Source: a virus
Lineage: Duplodnaviria; Caudoviricetes
Reading direction: 5' to 3' (one strand)
IMG/VR virus record: IMGVR_UViG_3300046615_000177
Location: 42,643 to 106,642 of that record
DNA length: 64,000 bases
This document shows, in pieces, positions 9,838 through 19,378 of this stretch (its first letter is position 1; every line of letters starts with the position of its first letter). A program made the position numbers and the translations under genes. The notes below the pieces were generated by a model, which saw nothing but the letters and a program-made list of their open reading frames with translations, ran no database searches and was not told the origin of the DNA.

Positions 9838-10251
9838 CTATGGTGTAGTAGGTTCGTCGATTGGCGCCGCCGGATTATCCGGGTCTGCATCCACCCAGTC
9901 CGGGTTAGGCTCAGTGCCCAGTACAGTCTCCACTCGTGAGTATGATAGGTATCCGTCAATTAGCGGGCTGAATGCTCCCTCAATTCCGGTGTCTCCCACA
10001 ATAGCATCCCACGCCTCCACGGTTAGTGCGCCTAGTGTAATACGGGCGTTGATGATTGCTGCCGCGCCCTCGGCAACTCTGCCTACCTGTGCCAAGATAG
10101 CAAGGGGTTTCTCCATCAGTGTTAGGTCTGCCCGCGAGTAGAAGCGAATGACCTCCACCGAATCTCCGCTGGCCTTATTCTGGAGTGCAATGGTTTTACG
10201 CTCCGTTGGTTTGCCGACATCCAAAGTCAGCACTGTTGCCACAATTGCCAT
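9838..10251 (-). CDS. Hypothetical protein
   Basis: RBS GGGAGAGGA before MAIVA. Confidence 0.65.
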   Translation of the reverse strand: MAIVATVLTLDVGKPTERKTIALQNKASGDSVEVIRFYSRADLTLMEKPLAILAQVGRVAEGAAAIINARITLGALTVEAWDAIVGDTGIEGAFSPLIDGYLSYSRVETVLGTEPNPDWVDADPDNPAAPIDEPTTP

Positions 10252-10287
10252 GTCTATCCTCTCCCTTCGGAAGCATGATAACACGGG

Positions 10288-11103
10288 TTATCCGCCGACG
10301 TATATAGCGTTTCCCGGGATGTGATCGTCATTCACTGACACCTGTGTTACCGGGATTCCCCTGTAGTGGGTGAGCTTGCCCGCTATTTTCTTATCCGGGT
10401 ATGGTTTTGTGATTTCCGCATATAGTTCGTCGTAAGCGACGTGTCCCAGCACAATAATTGCAGGAGGAAAACCAACCGCCTTCGTGTGTCCTTGTATTTT
10501 ACGCCGCAGCTCTTGCTCCGGCGACCACGAGCTGCCCTTTCCGAAGAATGGGGTTCCCGCAGGTACCGCCGCATCCTCGGTCAGCCCCTCGTAGTATGTT
10601 TTAGGAGTCGGCGCGGGTGGTACCGTTGGCAGGGTATCGTTCATCTCTTGTAGTGCCCTGTGCGTGTGGGTGTCTTCGAATCTCCCGTTCGCAGCGCCTC
10701 CGGCCGTTTCTGTGATCATCTCCCCGTGGAGCGATTTAACCGCAGCGTAGGTAATCATCGTGTCAGAGAATTGCCTAACCGCCGCCTCCCCTTGCGCCAT
10801 ATAATTGGGCGCCTGCCGCAGCTCGGTAGCTTCGTATTTAGCGAACATATGCTCGTATTGCTCAATCTCCGGTGCACTGAATACAGGGACATGGGCATCC
10901 TGCGCCTCGCTCCAGCGCATGAGGTAGCTAGTCTTTTGTACCTGCACAGCTGGTCGTCTGTGCGCCCACATTGCCTTAATTATTTCCTCCTGCGTCGGGT
11001 AGTGGTCGAACGCTCCACAGAAGAGGTTGCCATCTGCTGCTCGCAGCTCAAATACTTCCTTGGTAGTATCCTTGCCGCGCTTGCTCTCATCATTCGTAAT
11101 CAT
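10288..11103 (-). CDS. Hypothetical protein
   Basis: RBS AAAGGAGG; ATGA coupling. Confidence 0.7.
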   Translation of the reverse strand: MITNDESKRGKDTTKEVFELRAADGNLFCGAFDHYPTQEEIIKAMWAHRRPAVQVQKTSYLMRWSEAQDAHVPVFSAPEIEQYEHMFAKYEATELRQAPNYMAQGEAAVRQFSDTMITYAAVKSLHGEMITETAGGAANGRFEDTHTHRALQEMNDTLPTVPPAPTPKTYYEGLTEDAAVPAGTPFFGKGSSWSPEQELRRKIQGHTKAVGFPPAIIVLGHVAYDELYAEITKPYPDKKIAGKLTHYRGIPVTQVSVNDDHIPGNAIYVGG

Positions 11104-11339
11104 TGGTCATGTCCTCCTTTAGTTTGTGGCTCAATGCGGCTGCGCAGCACCGGAGCCTCTTTGTTCATTTGCTCGTAGCGGTTGATTTCCCGCTGCGTGT
11201 TGCTCCCGGAACGTTCCTCCAGCCGTCTGGCATCCCTCATGGGCTGCACGGCGCGGGTGTCCAGCATAATGTTCTGACAATCCCTTGCTCCCTTGTCTGC
11301 GGGCAGCTTGGCTCTTCTCCCTGTCCGCTGCTTGGTCAT
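11100..11339 (-). CDS. Hypothetical basic protein
   Basis: ATGA coupling at both ends. Confidence 0.55.
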   Translation of the reverse strand: MTKQRTGRRAKLPADKGARDCQNIMLDTRAVQPMRDARRLEERSGSNTQREINRYEQMNKEAPVLRSRIEPQTKGGHDQ

Positions 11340-11527
11340 TTGGCGAGCAGGTTGGCTGCTGCCTCTTTGATGGCCTCGATCTGCTCCGCGTCAGATAGCG
11401 CAGCGAACGCCTCAACAACGTCATCCGGCACACTCTCGTATGCACCTTCCAGCTCAACGAGGTTGCTCATAAAGTCGTACTCGCTGTTAGACAGCCAGTC
11501 AATAACAGTCTGCTGGTCATCAGTCAT
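11336..11527 (-). CDS. Hypothetical acidic protein
   Basis: RBS AGGAGA; coupled to the next gene. Confidence 0.65.
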   Translation of the reverse strand: MTDDQQTVIDWLSNSEYDFMSNLVELEGAYESVPDDVVEAFAALSDAEQIEAIKEAAANLLAK

Positions 11528-11546
11528 TTACCACATCTCCTATCTG

Positions 11547-11843
11547 CTAGATGGTCTCTTCCAGCGCCTCTACCGCGCTTCCGAAGTCATCGAATGACTC
11601 CTGTATCTGCCCCAGTGCCTCCTTAAGGCGCTCTAATACTTCCATGCGGCTGTTGTAGGTTTCCAGCCGCTCTGACAGTGTAGCTCCCAGTTCTTCCATG
11701 CTGTCCAAACGGTCAATCTTCTGCTCCAGCTCGTCCGCTAATTCCTCATAAAGCTCAGTCAGCCGTGCTACCTCGTCCAGCGGGAAAGCGGCTGTAAGCG
11801 CCGCCGCCTCCTTGACTGCCTTCTGGGTGTCTTGCTTATTCAT
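11547..11843 (-). CDS. Coiled-coil hypothetical protein
   Basis: Heptad L/E-rich pattern; ATGA coupling. Confidence 0.65.
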   Translation of the reverse strand: MNKQDTQKAVKEAAALTAAFPLDEVARLTELYEELADELEQKIDRLDSMEELGATLSERLETYNSRMEVLERLKEALGQIQESFDDFGSAVEALEETI

Positions 11844-12478
11844 GGCTCATTACTTTCTTCGTATCCGCCCCATACCTTGATGCCCTTGATACCCGGAACC
11901 TCCATTAGCCGCACCGAATCGTATGTTAGCGTAGTCGTTGCACCTGAAGGTACTTTGCCTAGTACTCTGCCTACATCGGCGCGCTTCGATTTCCGATCCA
12001 CGACTTGGTAGGCTTCGGAAGACAGGAACACGAAATCCGGCGTTCTACGTGCAGGAGCACCCGGTGGAAGTGGCTTTGCTCCGTAGATTGCGGCATGCAC
12101 CAGTAGCTCTACATCTGGCGGGGAGTACAGCACGGGATGCTCGTTGCCCATGCGGATAATGAAATCTTCCCGCAGCTCTGCGCGTGGCTCCCAGCAAAAT
12201 GCCTCGACGAGTCTGCGATGCTCCATCTCCGGGTTAAGCTGCTCTGTTACGATAATGGTGCGGCTAATGGAGTCCGTCACGTCATGCTGCTGCGTGCTCA
12301 TGTAGTCCATCTGCACAGCCTCACCGCTTGGGTTTACATAAATTATTGCGAGCACTCGCACGTCATACTGAAGTCTACGCCCTTGGGTGCGAGCCTTCAG
12401 GGTCTGGAACAGCTCACCAACTTTCATGGACTTCGGAAACTCGTAAGGCTTAGGCACAGTGCCTGATTGATCTGTCAT
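11840..12478 (-). CDS. Hypothetical protein
   Basis: RBS AAAGGAGA. Confidence 0.7.
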   Translation of the reverse strand: MTDQSGTVPKPYEFPKSMKVGELFQTLKARTQGRRLQYDVRVLAIIYVNPSGEAVQMDYMSTQQHDVTDSISRTIIVTEQLNPEMEHRRLVEAFCWEPRAELREDFIIRMGNEHPVLYSPPDVELLVHAAIYGAKPLPPGAPARRTPDFVFLSSEAYQVVDRKSKRADVGRVLGKVPSGATTTLTYDSVRLMEVPGIKGIKVWGGYEESNEP

Positions 12479-12508
12479 GGCTTGATCTCTCCTTTAGGTG
12501 TAGTGTAC

Positions 12509-13123
12509 TTACAAGCTAAGCTGCTGCTTTAACGAACGGTTGATAAACTCGGCAGCAAATGCGGCCTGCGCCTCCTGCTGTGGATCAATAGGCTTTCCAC
12601 TCTTACTGATCAGCACGACAACCCCCTGAGTGTCGTCTTCGATACCACCAATGCGGCGCAGGTGGTAAGAGTGGGAAGGGATCGTACCCCATCCGCTATC
12701 GAGGTCAAGCTCACCCGGGTCGCATAGCTTCAGGTACGCGCGGTCTCCTTCAATCGCACTGATCGTGCATTTAACACTATCCGTTCTTAAGAAGTCACTG
12801 ATATCCTCCCCTACACTACTGCCCGAAGGGATACGCTGAAGCCCGCGAGTGACTATTACCTCGGCCGTGTCTGTAATGACGACCGCGCAATCGCTTGACT
12901 GGAACAGGGACTCTGCAATTGTGGAGGCGTGGTCCGCAATATTGCCTACAGTGCTATACCGCCGCATTAGTACAGAACCATCCTTACCCAGCATGATCTC
13001 CAAGGGGTCACCCTCCCGCGCGTGCATAGCGCGGCGGATATCTTTAGGGATTACGACGCGTCCAAGGTCGTCGATACGGCGTACAATCCCTGTAGCTCTC
13101 CATTCATTTGATGCTGTTGACAT
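12509..13123 (-). CDS. spoVT: SpoVT-like transcription regulator (AbrB N-terminal domain plus GAF-like C-terminal domain)
   Basis: ATGIVRRIDDLGRVVIPKDIRR...REGDPLEI closely matches the SpoVT N-terminus; the C-terminal half (AVVITDT..VI; GVVVLISK) fits SpoVT_C. Confidence 0.85.
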   Translation of the reverse strand: MSTASNEWRATGIVRRIDDLGRVVIPKDIRRAMHAREGDPLEIMLGKDGSVLMRRYSTVGNIADHASTIAESLFQSSDCAVVITDTAEVIVTRGLQRIPSGSSVGEDISDFLRTDSVKCTISAIEGDRAYLKLCDPGELDLDSGWGTIPSHSYHLRRIGGIEDDTQGVVVLISKSGKPIDPQQEAQAAFAAEFINRSLKQQLSL

Positions 13124-13278
13124 ATGTGTATCCTCCTCATTTTGGGGCTTACTTAATGCGCTTCGTTTTATATGACAGGGTCATCCGTATCAAGTAGCAG
13201 GCTTCGCGGGCTTCGTGGAATTCTCCCTTGTACGTCTGTTTCACCATGTTACGAAACAGGAACCATAACAGCCTCGCC

Positions 13279-13950
13279 TTATCCCGCATCTTCGCCACCA
13301 TCAGACTTCGGAAGCTCGAATGGGTTAGCTACTAACAGCTTGTGCTCCCAGCTCATGGCGTTGTACGTCTCATGGCATTCCGTGCAATTGCACGAGTTGA
13401 CAATTACTTTTTCTTTTAGGTCATAGTTACCCCTCAGGGTGTCCCCCAGTAGAGCGTCGCATCGGGCGCAGCTTACCTGCGCCATGGATGTGCGGACAAC
13501 GTTGCTGTGCCCCAGTATGGCGCACACCACAGCAGGCGTGCGAGGATCGGATAGGGTCAGGCCAAGCTGCGCCAGCAAGTGCAGGAGCTGGTGACTTCCG
13601 TAGATGCCCGCCTCTTCCTTGACGGTGACGGCCTTGTCATCCCAGTACTCATGCGCGTAGATTTTAGGACTCCGGCCCTCAAACCAGCGGAATGTCGACG
13701 GGTGATGCTCGTTGAAGTACTTAATCGGCAGGTTGTACTCCTTGATGACCTGCTTGGCATCCTCCAGCTTATAGCCTGAGCGGCAGGTCCACAGCACGAA
13801 CTCCGTGTGCGGGTTGGCGGCGAGCTGCCCTTTCATCCGGTCAACCGTGGACTGAATAATGTGGCCTTTGGTAATGTCCGGCCAGCCGCCAGCATAGATG
13901 CAGTCATCGAAGTCGATAGCGATAATGTACAGCGGGTCGCGCTCTTTCAT
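13279..13950 (-). CDS. HAD-superfamily hydrolase fused to a Cys-rich zinc-binding region
   Basis: IAIDFDDCI (motif I), LWTCR (motif II), PK..YWDDKA (motifs III/IV); CARC and CNCTEC. Confidence 0.75.
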   Translation of the reverse strand: MKERDPLYIIAIDFDDCIYAGGWPDITKGHIIQSTVDRMKGQLAANPHTEFVLWTCRSGYKLEDAKQVIKEYNLPIKYFNEHHPSTFRWFEGRSPKIYAHEYWDDKAVTVKEEAGIYGSHQLLHLLAQLGLTLSDPRTPAVVCAILGHSNVVRTSMAQVSCARCDALLGDTLRGNYDLKEKVIVNSCNCTECHETYNAMSWEHKLLVANPFELPKSDGGEDAG

Positions 13951-13978
13951 AGGCTCGTTCCTCGTTTCGTAGTATTTA

Positions 13979-14527
13979 TTAAGGTCTTCGGAAGTTAAGG
14001 GTGTGCTGCGGCCAAGCGCTCCGCGTGGCTTCGGGTTCGTTCTTCTCCCTCCAGCGCCTGTCGAGCTGTTCACATTTCGCCTCCATCGCAGATGCGAGGT
14101 CAATGCCTAAGTAGTCTGCCGCGACTGCGATGTTCCACACCATGTCAGACAGCTCGTACCCGATAAGCCTCAGACGTATGTCGCGCGGCCCATCTTCAAT
14201 GCGGACCCCTTCTAACCGGATAATCTCCTTGGCTACTTCTCCAAGTTCGGAAGTAAGGTGCAGCATGCGGTTCGCTATGGGTACGTCGTACAGACCGTGC
14301 TGCTTGGCTGATTCAGCTACCCGCGCCTGATACTCACTCATTCCATACTTCGGAAGTTCGGCACTGCCACTCTTCGGAAGTACAGTGGGTAAGCAGTCAG
14401 AACAATAGTTGATTACCATGTCCACGCCGTGGGACTCTCCGCATACCTTGCATGTGCCACTTGGCACCGGGTGCCCTACCCATTCGTGCAGAGGCTTGCA
14501 CTTCTCGCAGTTACATATCTCTTTCAT
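13979..14527 (-). CDS. MazG-like nucleotide pyrophosphohydrolase with N-terminal Cys cluster
   Basis: LTSELGEVAKEI...ELSDMVWNIAVAADYLGIDL. Confidence 0.8.
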   Translation of the reverse strand: MKEICNCEKCKPLHEWVGHPVPSGTCKVCGESHGVDMVINYCSDCLPTVLPKSGSAELPKYGMSEYQARVAESAKQHGLYDVPIANRMLHLTSELGEVAKEIIRLEGVRIEDGPRDIRLRLIGYELSDMVWNIAVAADYLGIDLASAMEAKCEQLDRRWREKNEPEATRSAWPQHTLNFRRP

Positions 14528-14682
14528 TCTTGATCGTCCTCCTTTGATTCGTCCGTATTATGTTCGCTGTTGTACAGCCTCTCTGCCCGCTCCCGGGCGT
14601 CGGCCTTGCTGAAGGCAAATACGTTATACTTTTCGCCCTTGTGTATCACGGTGTACACACGCATCGGTAGCCACATGTTCAT
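14524..14682 (-). CDS. Small hypothetical protein (52 aa, below the ORF-track cutoff)
   Basis: MNMWLPMRVYTV...; ATGA overlaps at both ends. Confidence 0.55.
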   Translation of the reverse strand: MNMWLPMRVYTVIHKGEKYNVFAFSKADARERAERLYNSEHNTDESKEDDQE

Positions 14683-14885
14683 AGATCATGTTCCGAAGTG
14701 TAGTGCACAGACTTCTCGCACGAGGGGCACGACGGCGGACAAGAGTAGCTGCTGGTTGTGAAGAACTTCTCCCCACAGTCCTTGTCGTCACACTGGCACT
14801 CGTACAACCGCATGCCCAGCACGTCAATGATGCGGCCGCTTGCTGTGTAGGTAACGTTGGCGGCGTGACTGTGCTTTGTAGTCAT
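14679..14885 (-). CDS. Zinc-ribbon protein
   Basis: YECQCDDKDCG...CPSC. Confidence 0.6.
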   Translation of the reverse strand: MTTKHSHAANVTYTASGRIIDVLGMRLYECQCDDKDCGEKFFTTSSYSCPPSCPSCEKSVHYTSEHDL

Positions 14886-15541
14886 AGATCGTCATCCTCT
14901 CCGATATCCCACATCACCCATGCAGTACGTTTCTGCCCACGGTCGAAGTATTTGAAGTTAGCCGTAATCCACTTAAGCTGCGCCACGGTGGCTCCGCTGA
15001 ATTCGAGGTTAAGCCCGCCCAGCTTTGGGGAGGTAGTAATGATTCCGTCTCCGTCTTCATTCGGGTCAGCCTCACCCCTGTACCGCCGGACGCCGGAGAA
15101 GTAGATGAAGGTGAACTGCTCTTCGAAGGTGTAGTCACGCAGCACCAGCGCATGCTCAGTACTCGCGCATTTCAGGAACACCCCATTTGGCAGCAGTACC
15201 CCGCTGACTCCCATGCCTTCCTCGAATTCGTACTGCGTAGCAAGGTCTGCGCCGCTCAGCGCCTTCTGCTTCATGTACCAATCGGCCAAGCTACGGGGAT
15301 CGGCAGTAAGGCTCATGCCGACTGTCATTCCCCTATTCACCATGTGCACCAGTATGCTTCGGAACTCTTCACCGATTAGCTCCTTAATCTCGTACTCTGC
15401 CGCGACCTCGTCCACAATCTGGGATGCATGGTACTCGCTGTGCATCTTTAAGGCTTCCGCAATCTGATCGTTTGAGAGTCCGAACGCCCCGCCCACTCTG
15501 CGCGGGATAACAGGGTCTTTCTTGTGCTCTTCTTCAGCCAC
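14882..15541 (-). CDS. Hypothetical protein
   Basis: GTG start after GGAGGTG. Confidence 0.65.
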   Translation of the reverse strand: MAEEEHKKDPVIPRRVGGAFGLSNDQIAEALKMHSEYHASQIVDEVAAEYEIKELIGEEFRSILVHMVNRGMTVGMSLTADPRSLADWYMKQKALSGADLATQYEFEEGMGVSGVLLPNGVFLKCASTEHALVLRDYTFEEQFTFIYFSGVRRYRGEADPNEDGDGIITTSPKLGGLNLEFSGATVAQLKWITANFKYFDRGQKRTAWVMWDIGEDDDL

Positions 15542-15833
15542 AGACGGGCACCTCCACCACGGGCACCGGGACGCCCAGCAGCTCTGCGAGGGTGTCATAG
15601 TGAGCCTGCATGTCATCCCGCTGCTGCCGCAGAATAGGTAATCTGTGCTTGGCCCGGTGCTTCAAGGTCTCATACGCCTTGTCCGACCGGAATGGACCGT
15701 TGTCCACAAGGCGCGCTACTTTCTCCATATGCTGAACCTGTGCGTTGAAATTTTTCAGTTGCTCCGCTGCTTCCTTATACGCCCATTGGAGCGAGACGTT
15801 GACCTGCTGTGTTACGTTAATTTGAGTACTCAA
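15534..15833 (-). CDS. Hypothetical coiled-coil protein, possible paralog of the next gene
   Basis: Shares WAY..A..QL and TL(A/S)E(L/A)LG(V/L)P with 15830-16081. Confidence 0.6.
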   Translation of the reverse strand: MSTQINVTQQVNVSLQWAYKEAAEQLKNFNAQVQHMEKVARLVDNGPFRSDKAYETLKHRAKHRLPILRQQRDDMQAHYDTLAELLGVPVPVVEVPVCG

Positions 15834-16081
15834 TGTTGCACCTCCGGTGGTAAGCCTAACGCCTCAGACAGCGTCTTTACGTGGCGGGTTAATTCTGCAT
15901 GCTCTGCGTACAGCTCCGGGAGCTTATCCTCACAGGCTCTACGGTAGGATTCCGATTGCGGCACATGGGGTGTAGGCCGGGCGTTGCTCTCCATCTGTGC
16001 AGTTATGCGCTTGTTCACGCTTAGCTGCGCGACGGCTTGGGTGTACGCCCACAGCATCGCGTCTATAAGCTGTTGTTCCAT
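15830..16081 (-). CDS. Hypothetical coiled-coil protein, possible paralog of the previous gene
   Basis: WAYTQAVAQL...TLSEALGLP. Confidence 0.6.
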   Translation of the reverse strand: MEQQLIDAMLWAYTQAVAQLSVNKRITAQMESNARPTPHVPQSESYRRACEDKLPELYAEHAELTRHVKTLSEALGLPPEVQH

Positions 16082-16329
16082 TCGTCCACCATTTCCCTTC
16101 CTCGGGCGGTCAGTCTGGCTGCAAAGTAGGCCCGGCGACCTGTGCCGTCCGTTACGTCGATGAACTTCGGAAGCTCGTGAGTAGGTATGATTGTAATAGC
16201 TTCCGGGTGCAGCGCCTGCACCTCCCGGAGACGAACGGCTGATGCGTACTCGAACACGGTCGCGCCGTTGTCAATGATGTCCATGCACTCATAGTGATCG
16301 TCGGTTAAAGCGGTGAGTTTTTGGGCCAT
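16063..16329 (-). CDS. Hypothetical protein
   Basis: Overlaps neighbours; LTARGRE wing-like C-terminus. Confidence 0.55.
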   Translation of the reverse strand: MAQKLTALTDDHYECMDIIDNGATVFEYASAVRLREVQALHPEAITIIPTHELPKFIDVTDGTGRRAYFAARLTARGREMVDEWNNSL

Positions 16330-16583
16330 GATTTAATCGTCACCTGCTCTCTTCTGGCCTCGTTGTACTTCTGAAGTACTTCGGGGTCTCCGTAAAGTGT
16401 GAATATTGCCATGCACTGGCGGCAATCCATTCCGACGTGTAGTGTACGATCAGGGGACTCGACGATAATTACGCCGAATTTCCCCTCTCCCGGTTCGGGC
16501 TTGGCCGCCGATGCTGCACGCCCCGGCGAATGATTGCCACAGGTGCAGGTCATGGGACCCATGGTGATGATGTTAGCGTTCAT
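16305..16583 (-). CDS. Hypothetical zinc-binding protein
   Basis: CTCG...CRQC. Confidence 0.55.
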   Translation of the reverse strand: MNANIITMGPMTCTCGNHSPGRAASAAKPEPGEGKFGVIIVESPDRTLHVGMDCRQCMAIFTLYGDPEVLQKYNEARREQVTIKSWPKNSPL

Positions 16584-17326
16584 TGTGCTGCCACCTCTCT
16601 ATGGTTATCAATGTAGCTGTTCACGAACTGCTGTACATACTGGCCGCTCACGTAGCAGGCGATATTCAGGTACGTACCGTTCGCCTCTTTCATTACTGCA
16701 TACGTAACGCCGACTACTTGCCCGCTGTAGTTAAGGATCGGACTGCCGGAGTTTCCGGGGCGCTGCATGATGCTAACCAGCCCCGTAGCAGGGTTCTCGA
16801 TGATCCCTTCGTTGCGGCGCGGGTAAGTGCTACCCATGCTCTCCAGTGGGAATCCCATTGCTGCAACGGGTGTCCCCGGAGCATCGACGCCGAATGCGAA
16901 GGGTGTCACATACTCGCCATCCTTCGCGTCAATCTCAAGCAGCGCTAAGTCTCTTGCAGTATCCACAGCGACGACGTTGGCGCTTATTGCTACTTTGCGG
17001 TGGTCCTTATCTCCGGTGTTGTAGTACAGATTAATGGCCGTCCGGCCATGGATATCTACCACATGACGGTTCGTTACGAGCAGCGTCTTGGTTACAAAGA
17101 ACGCGGTGCCCAGTGTGCTGTCGATGGCGGTAGTCACATCGTCAATAGGTCTCGCGGACATCACATGTACTTCCGCTACGCTACCCCGCAGCGCATCGAG
17201 CGCCGGATAGGCCGCCTCTCCTACGACTGTTCCTGATACGACAGTACCTACGACGGGGTCAGCACATACGGTTTGACCTGCGAGCAGGATAGAGAGCATA
17301 ACGGATAGGATAATTTTCTTAAACAT
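16580..17326 (-). CDS. Secreted trypsin-like (S1C) serine protease
   Basis: Signal peptide MFKKIILSVMLSILLAGQTVCA; catalytic triad motifs TNRHVV, DLALL, PGNSGSP. Confidence 0.88.
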   Translation of the reverse strand: MFKKIILSVMLSILLAGQTVCADPVVGTVVSGTVVGEAAYPALDALRGSVAEVHVMSARPIDDVTTAIDSTLGTAFFVTKTLLVTNRHVVDIHGRTAINLYYNTGDKDHRKVAISANVVAVDTARDLALLEIDAKDGEYVTPFAFGVDAPGTPVAAMGFPLESMGSTYPRRNEGIIENPATGLVSIMQRPGNSGSPILNYSGQVVGVTYAVMKEANGTYLNIACYVSGQYVQQFVNSYIDNHREVAAQ

Positions 17327-17375
17327 GATTCAACATCTCCTTTAGTGGGTATGGCAGGTCTCCCTGCTCATACCC

Positions 17376-17404
17376 ACTATACACAGGCAACTCATGGAAC
17401 TCTT
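17376..17404 (-). promoter_or_regulatory. Class B promoter, copy 1
   Basis: AAGAGTT-CCAT-GAG-TTG-CCTGTG-TATAGT. Confidence 0.75.
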
Positions 17405-17855
17405 ACCAGTTAACGTCATCGGTCATAAACAGGTTGGCCTTATGGGGTGTGTTCGTCTCGTAGAACTCTTCACCCTTATCGTGGCCCCATTTCTTAGCCC
17501 ACGCGCGACTCTTTTCGATGGTTAGCGCCCGGCTGTAGCGGTCGCCGGACTTGCCGCAGTCGTGGCAGTGTGACCGGGTAAAGTACAGTCCGCCGCCTTG
17601 CCATGGCTCGCCGTCTGTCTCTACGTTAGCGTGTGGGCAGTGGCGCTGTAGTGTTTCAAGCTCCCACTGAATAACGCGCCTACTGCCCTCTGCTGCCCGC
17701 TCCTCCATCTTCGCAGCTTCCAGCCGTTCCTCAATCCGCGCCCGTGCAATGCGCAGCTCTTCCGAAGGCAGGGACTTGATGTGTATCGGTAGGTAGGTCG
17801 GAGCTATGCCCCTCCTCAGGTTGATCGGTGTAGGTCCTTGCAATGCCTTTACCAT
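17403..17855 (-). CDS. Hypothetical protein with zinc ribbon
   Basis: CPH...CHDC. Confidence 0.6.
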   Translation of the reverse strand: MVKALQGPTPINLRRGIAPTYLPIHIKSLPSEELRIARARIEERLEAAKMEERAAEGSRRVIQWELETLQRHCPHANVETDGEPWQGGGLYFTRSHCHDCGKSGDRYSRALTIEKSRAWAKKWGHDKGEEFYETNTPHKANLFMTDDVNW

Positions 17856-18220
17856 TGGATCACATCCTTGTTCAAGTCTTTGACCTTCTGAAGTGCGTAC
17901 TCGTGACGCTTCTCGCCCTCACATAGCGTTTTCCAGATCATGGAGCCTTCCACCAGTGCTGCACCATGCTCCGCGAGTAGGTGCGCTTTGACGGCCAAGA
18001 TATGCTCCAGTGTCATCCCGCCCTCATTTGGCGGTTTTAAAGGGGACAGCGTGCGTCCTCGCTTGTCCCGCCATTTGTTGCTTGTAAGTACATCCTCTGT
18101 TCGATCCTCGCGCGACGGCAGGTACGGAGAGCCGCTGCTGTGGAACTTCTTTCCGCTCTTCGAGAACCACTCACCCTGATTCAGGGCGAGGTCCATATAG
18201 TAGTCCGCCATCTCACCCAT
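17849..18220 (-). CDS. Hypothetical protein
   Basis: MGEMADY N-terminus typical of phage proteins; coupled. Confidence 0.65.
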   Translation of the reverse strand: MGEMADYYMDLALNQGEWFSKSGKKFHSSGSPYLPSREDRTEDVLTSNKWRDKRGRTLSPLKPPNEGGMTLEHILAVKAHLLAEHGAALVEGSMIWKTLCEGEKRHEYALQKVKDLNKDVIQW

Positions 18221-18701
18221 TAGCGTCAGCCTTCGGAAGTGCTTCGAGGTCTTCTTGGAGCCTCCGCAGATCGTCTGTGATATCCCGCGTGCGCTGCATA
18301 ATCAGCAGTACCACCGGGACCATATCCGTCTCGAAGGCACTCAGGGCGTTGTACTCGTCCAGCAGCGTGTTAATACCGTCTTGCAGCATAGAGCGCTTGT
18401 ACTCGATATCGCGCTTCGGAAGTATGTACCCTGTGATCTGCCGGATGGCCTGTTTCTTACCTTCTAGCTCTTTCTCCAGCCGCTGGCGCTGCGTCACAAG
18501 ATAGGCACCCTTACGCTCCAGCTCTTCGTTACCTTCGTTTGTGCGAATGAAGTATTGGTGGATGCCGTCCTCGATCATGACCACATCCGGCAGCACCCGC
18601 TTGATGGTCTCGAACCTCTCCTTGGCGAGTTCGAGATTAGCCATCTCAATGCTGTGGAAGGTGCGCAGGCGTTCGATATCATCTATCGCCATAGGGGCCA
18701 T
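18213..18701 (-). CDS. Coiled-coil hypothetical protein
   Basis: RBS AAGGGAGA. Confidence 0.65.
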   Translation of the reverse strand: MAPMAIDDIERLRTFHSIEMANLELAKERFETIKRVLPDVVMIEDGIHQYFIRTNEGNEELERKGAYLVTQRQRLEKELEGKKQAIRQITGYILPKRDIEYKRSMLQDGINTLLDEYNALSAFETDMVPVVLLIMQRTRDITDDLRRLQEDLEALPKADANG

Positions 18702-19083
18702 CTCCCTTGTATCCGCGCGGGCGCATTACCCGACCGCTGGTGGCACCGTACATACTGTCAATCATCCGGTTGGCCCGCGCCTGCACCATACCTTTATGTG
18801 TGGCCGAAATAACAGCTCCTACCATCTGCCCGTAGTTGTTGTTTTCTGGAGGTGAGATCAGCTTGTTAAGGACCTCTTGCAGCTTGGCCGCTCCTTCGTC
18901 ATCTCCCACTGCCTGCATGCTCTCGATGGACTCTTTGGTCATTTCAACCACGCCCTTAATGAGCGGATGGTCTGAAAGTGTGCCTTCTGCCAGCTCGTTA
19001 AGAAGTTGTACCGCTTGCGCGGAGAGGGTGACGGTCAGTGTGCCGTCCTCGTTCAGGGTCCAGCTCTTGCTCTTGTCACTCAT
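18679..19083 (-). CDS. Hypothetical protein
   Basis: RBS AAGGAGA. Confidence 0.65.
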   Translation of the reverse strand: MSDKSKSWTLNEDGTLTVTLSAQAVQLLNELAEGTLSDHPLIKGVVEMTKESIESMQAVGDDEGAAKLQEVLNKLISPPENNNYGQMVGAVISATHKGMVQARANRMIDSMYGATSGRVMRPRGYKGDGPYGDR

Positions 19084-19378
19084 AGTGGATAGTCTCCTTT
19101 GGGGCTTCCGCCCTTAGTTCTGTAGTAGCTTGGATTAGCACCTGTTGCTGCTCTGTCACGGTTAGTAGCCGGAATCGTGGTACTTCATTTCCTTCTGCAT
19201 CCTGCACCGTTGTATGGAAGGACTTCTCGGACCGTACCCATACCTGCGGCTTGTCAACGTGCATATTTTGATACACGACTGTAGCCTCGCCGTCAGCTTC
19301 GCGCTTCGCGTCTGCTATAAGCACCCGATAGTACTCCTTACTCTTATAATGCTGGTACACGCTGCCCGGGTAGATCAT
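19076..19378 (-). CDS. DUF1653-family protein
   Basis: PGSVYQHYK..YRV...VVYQ...WVR...F...PRF. Confidence 0.8.
   Translation of the reverse strand: MIYPGSVYQHYKSKEYYRVLIADAKREADGEATVVYQNMHVDKPQVWVRSEKSFHTTVQDAEGNEVPRFRLLTVTEQQQVLIQATTELRAEAPKETIHYE

Noticed and set aside
13236-13259. CTGTTTC...GAAACAG inverted repeat resembling parS
   Set aside because: The spacing does not fit the 16-bp TGTTNCACGTGAAACA consensus; at most a small hairpin or operator upstream of spoVT.
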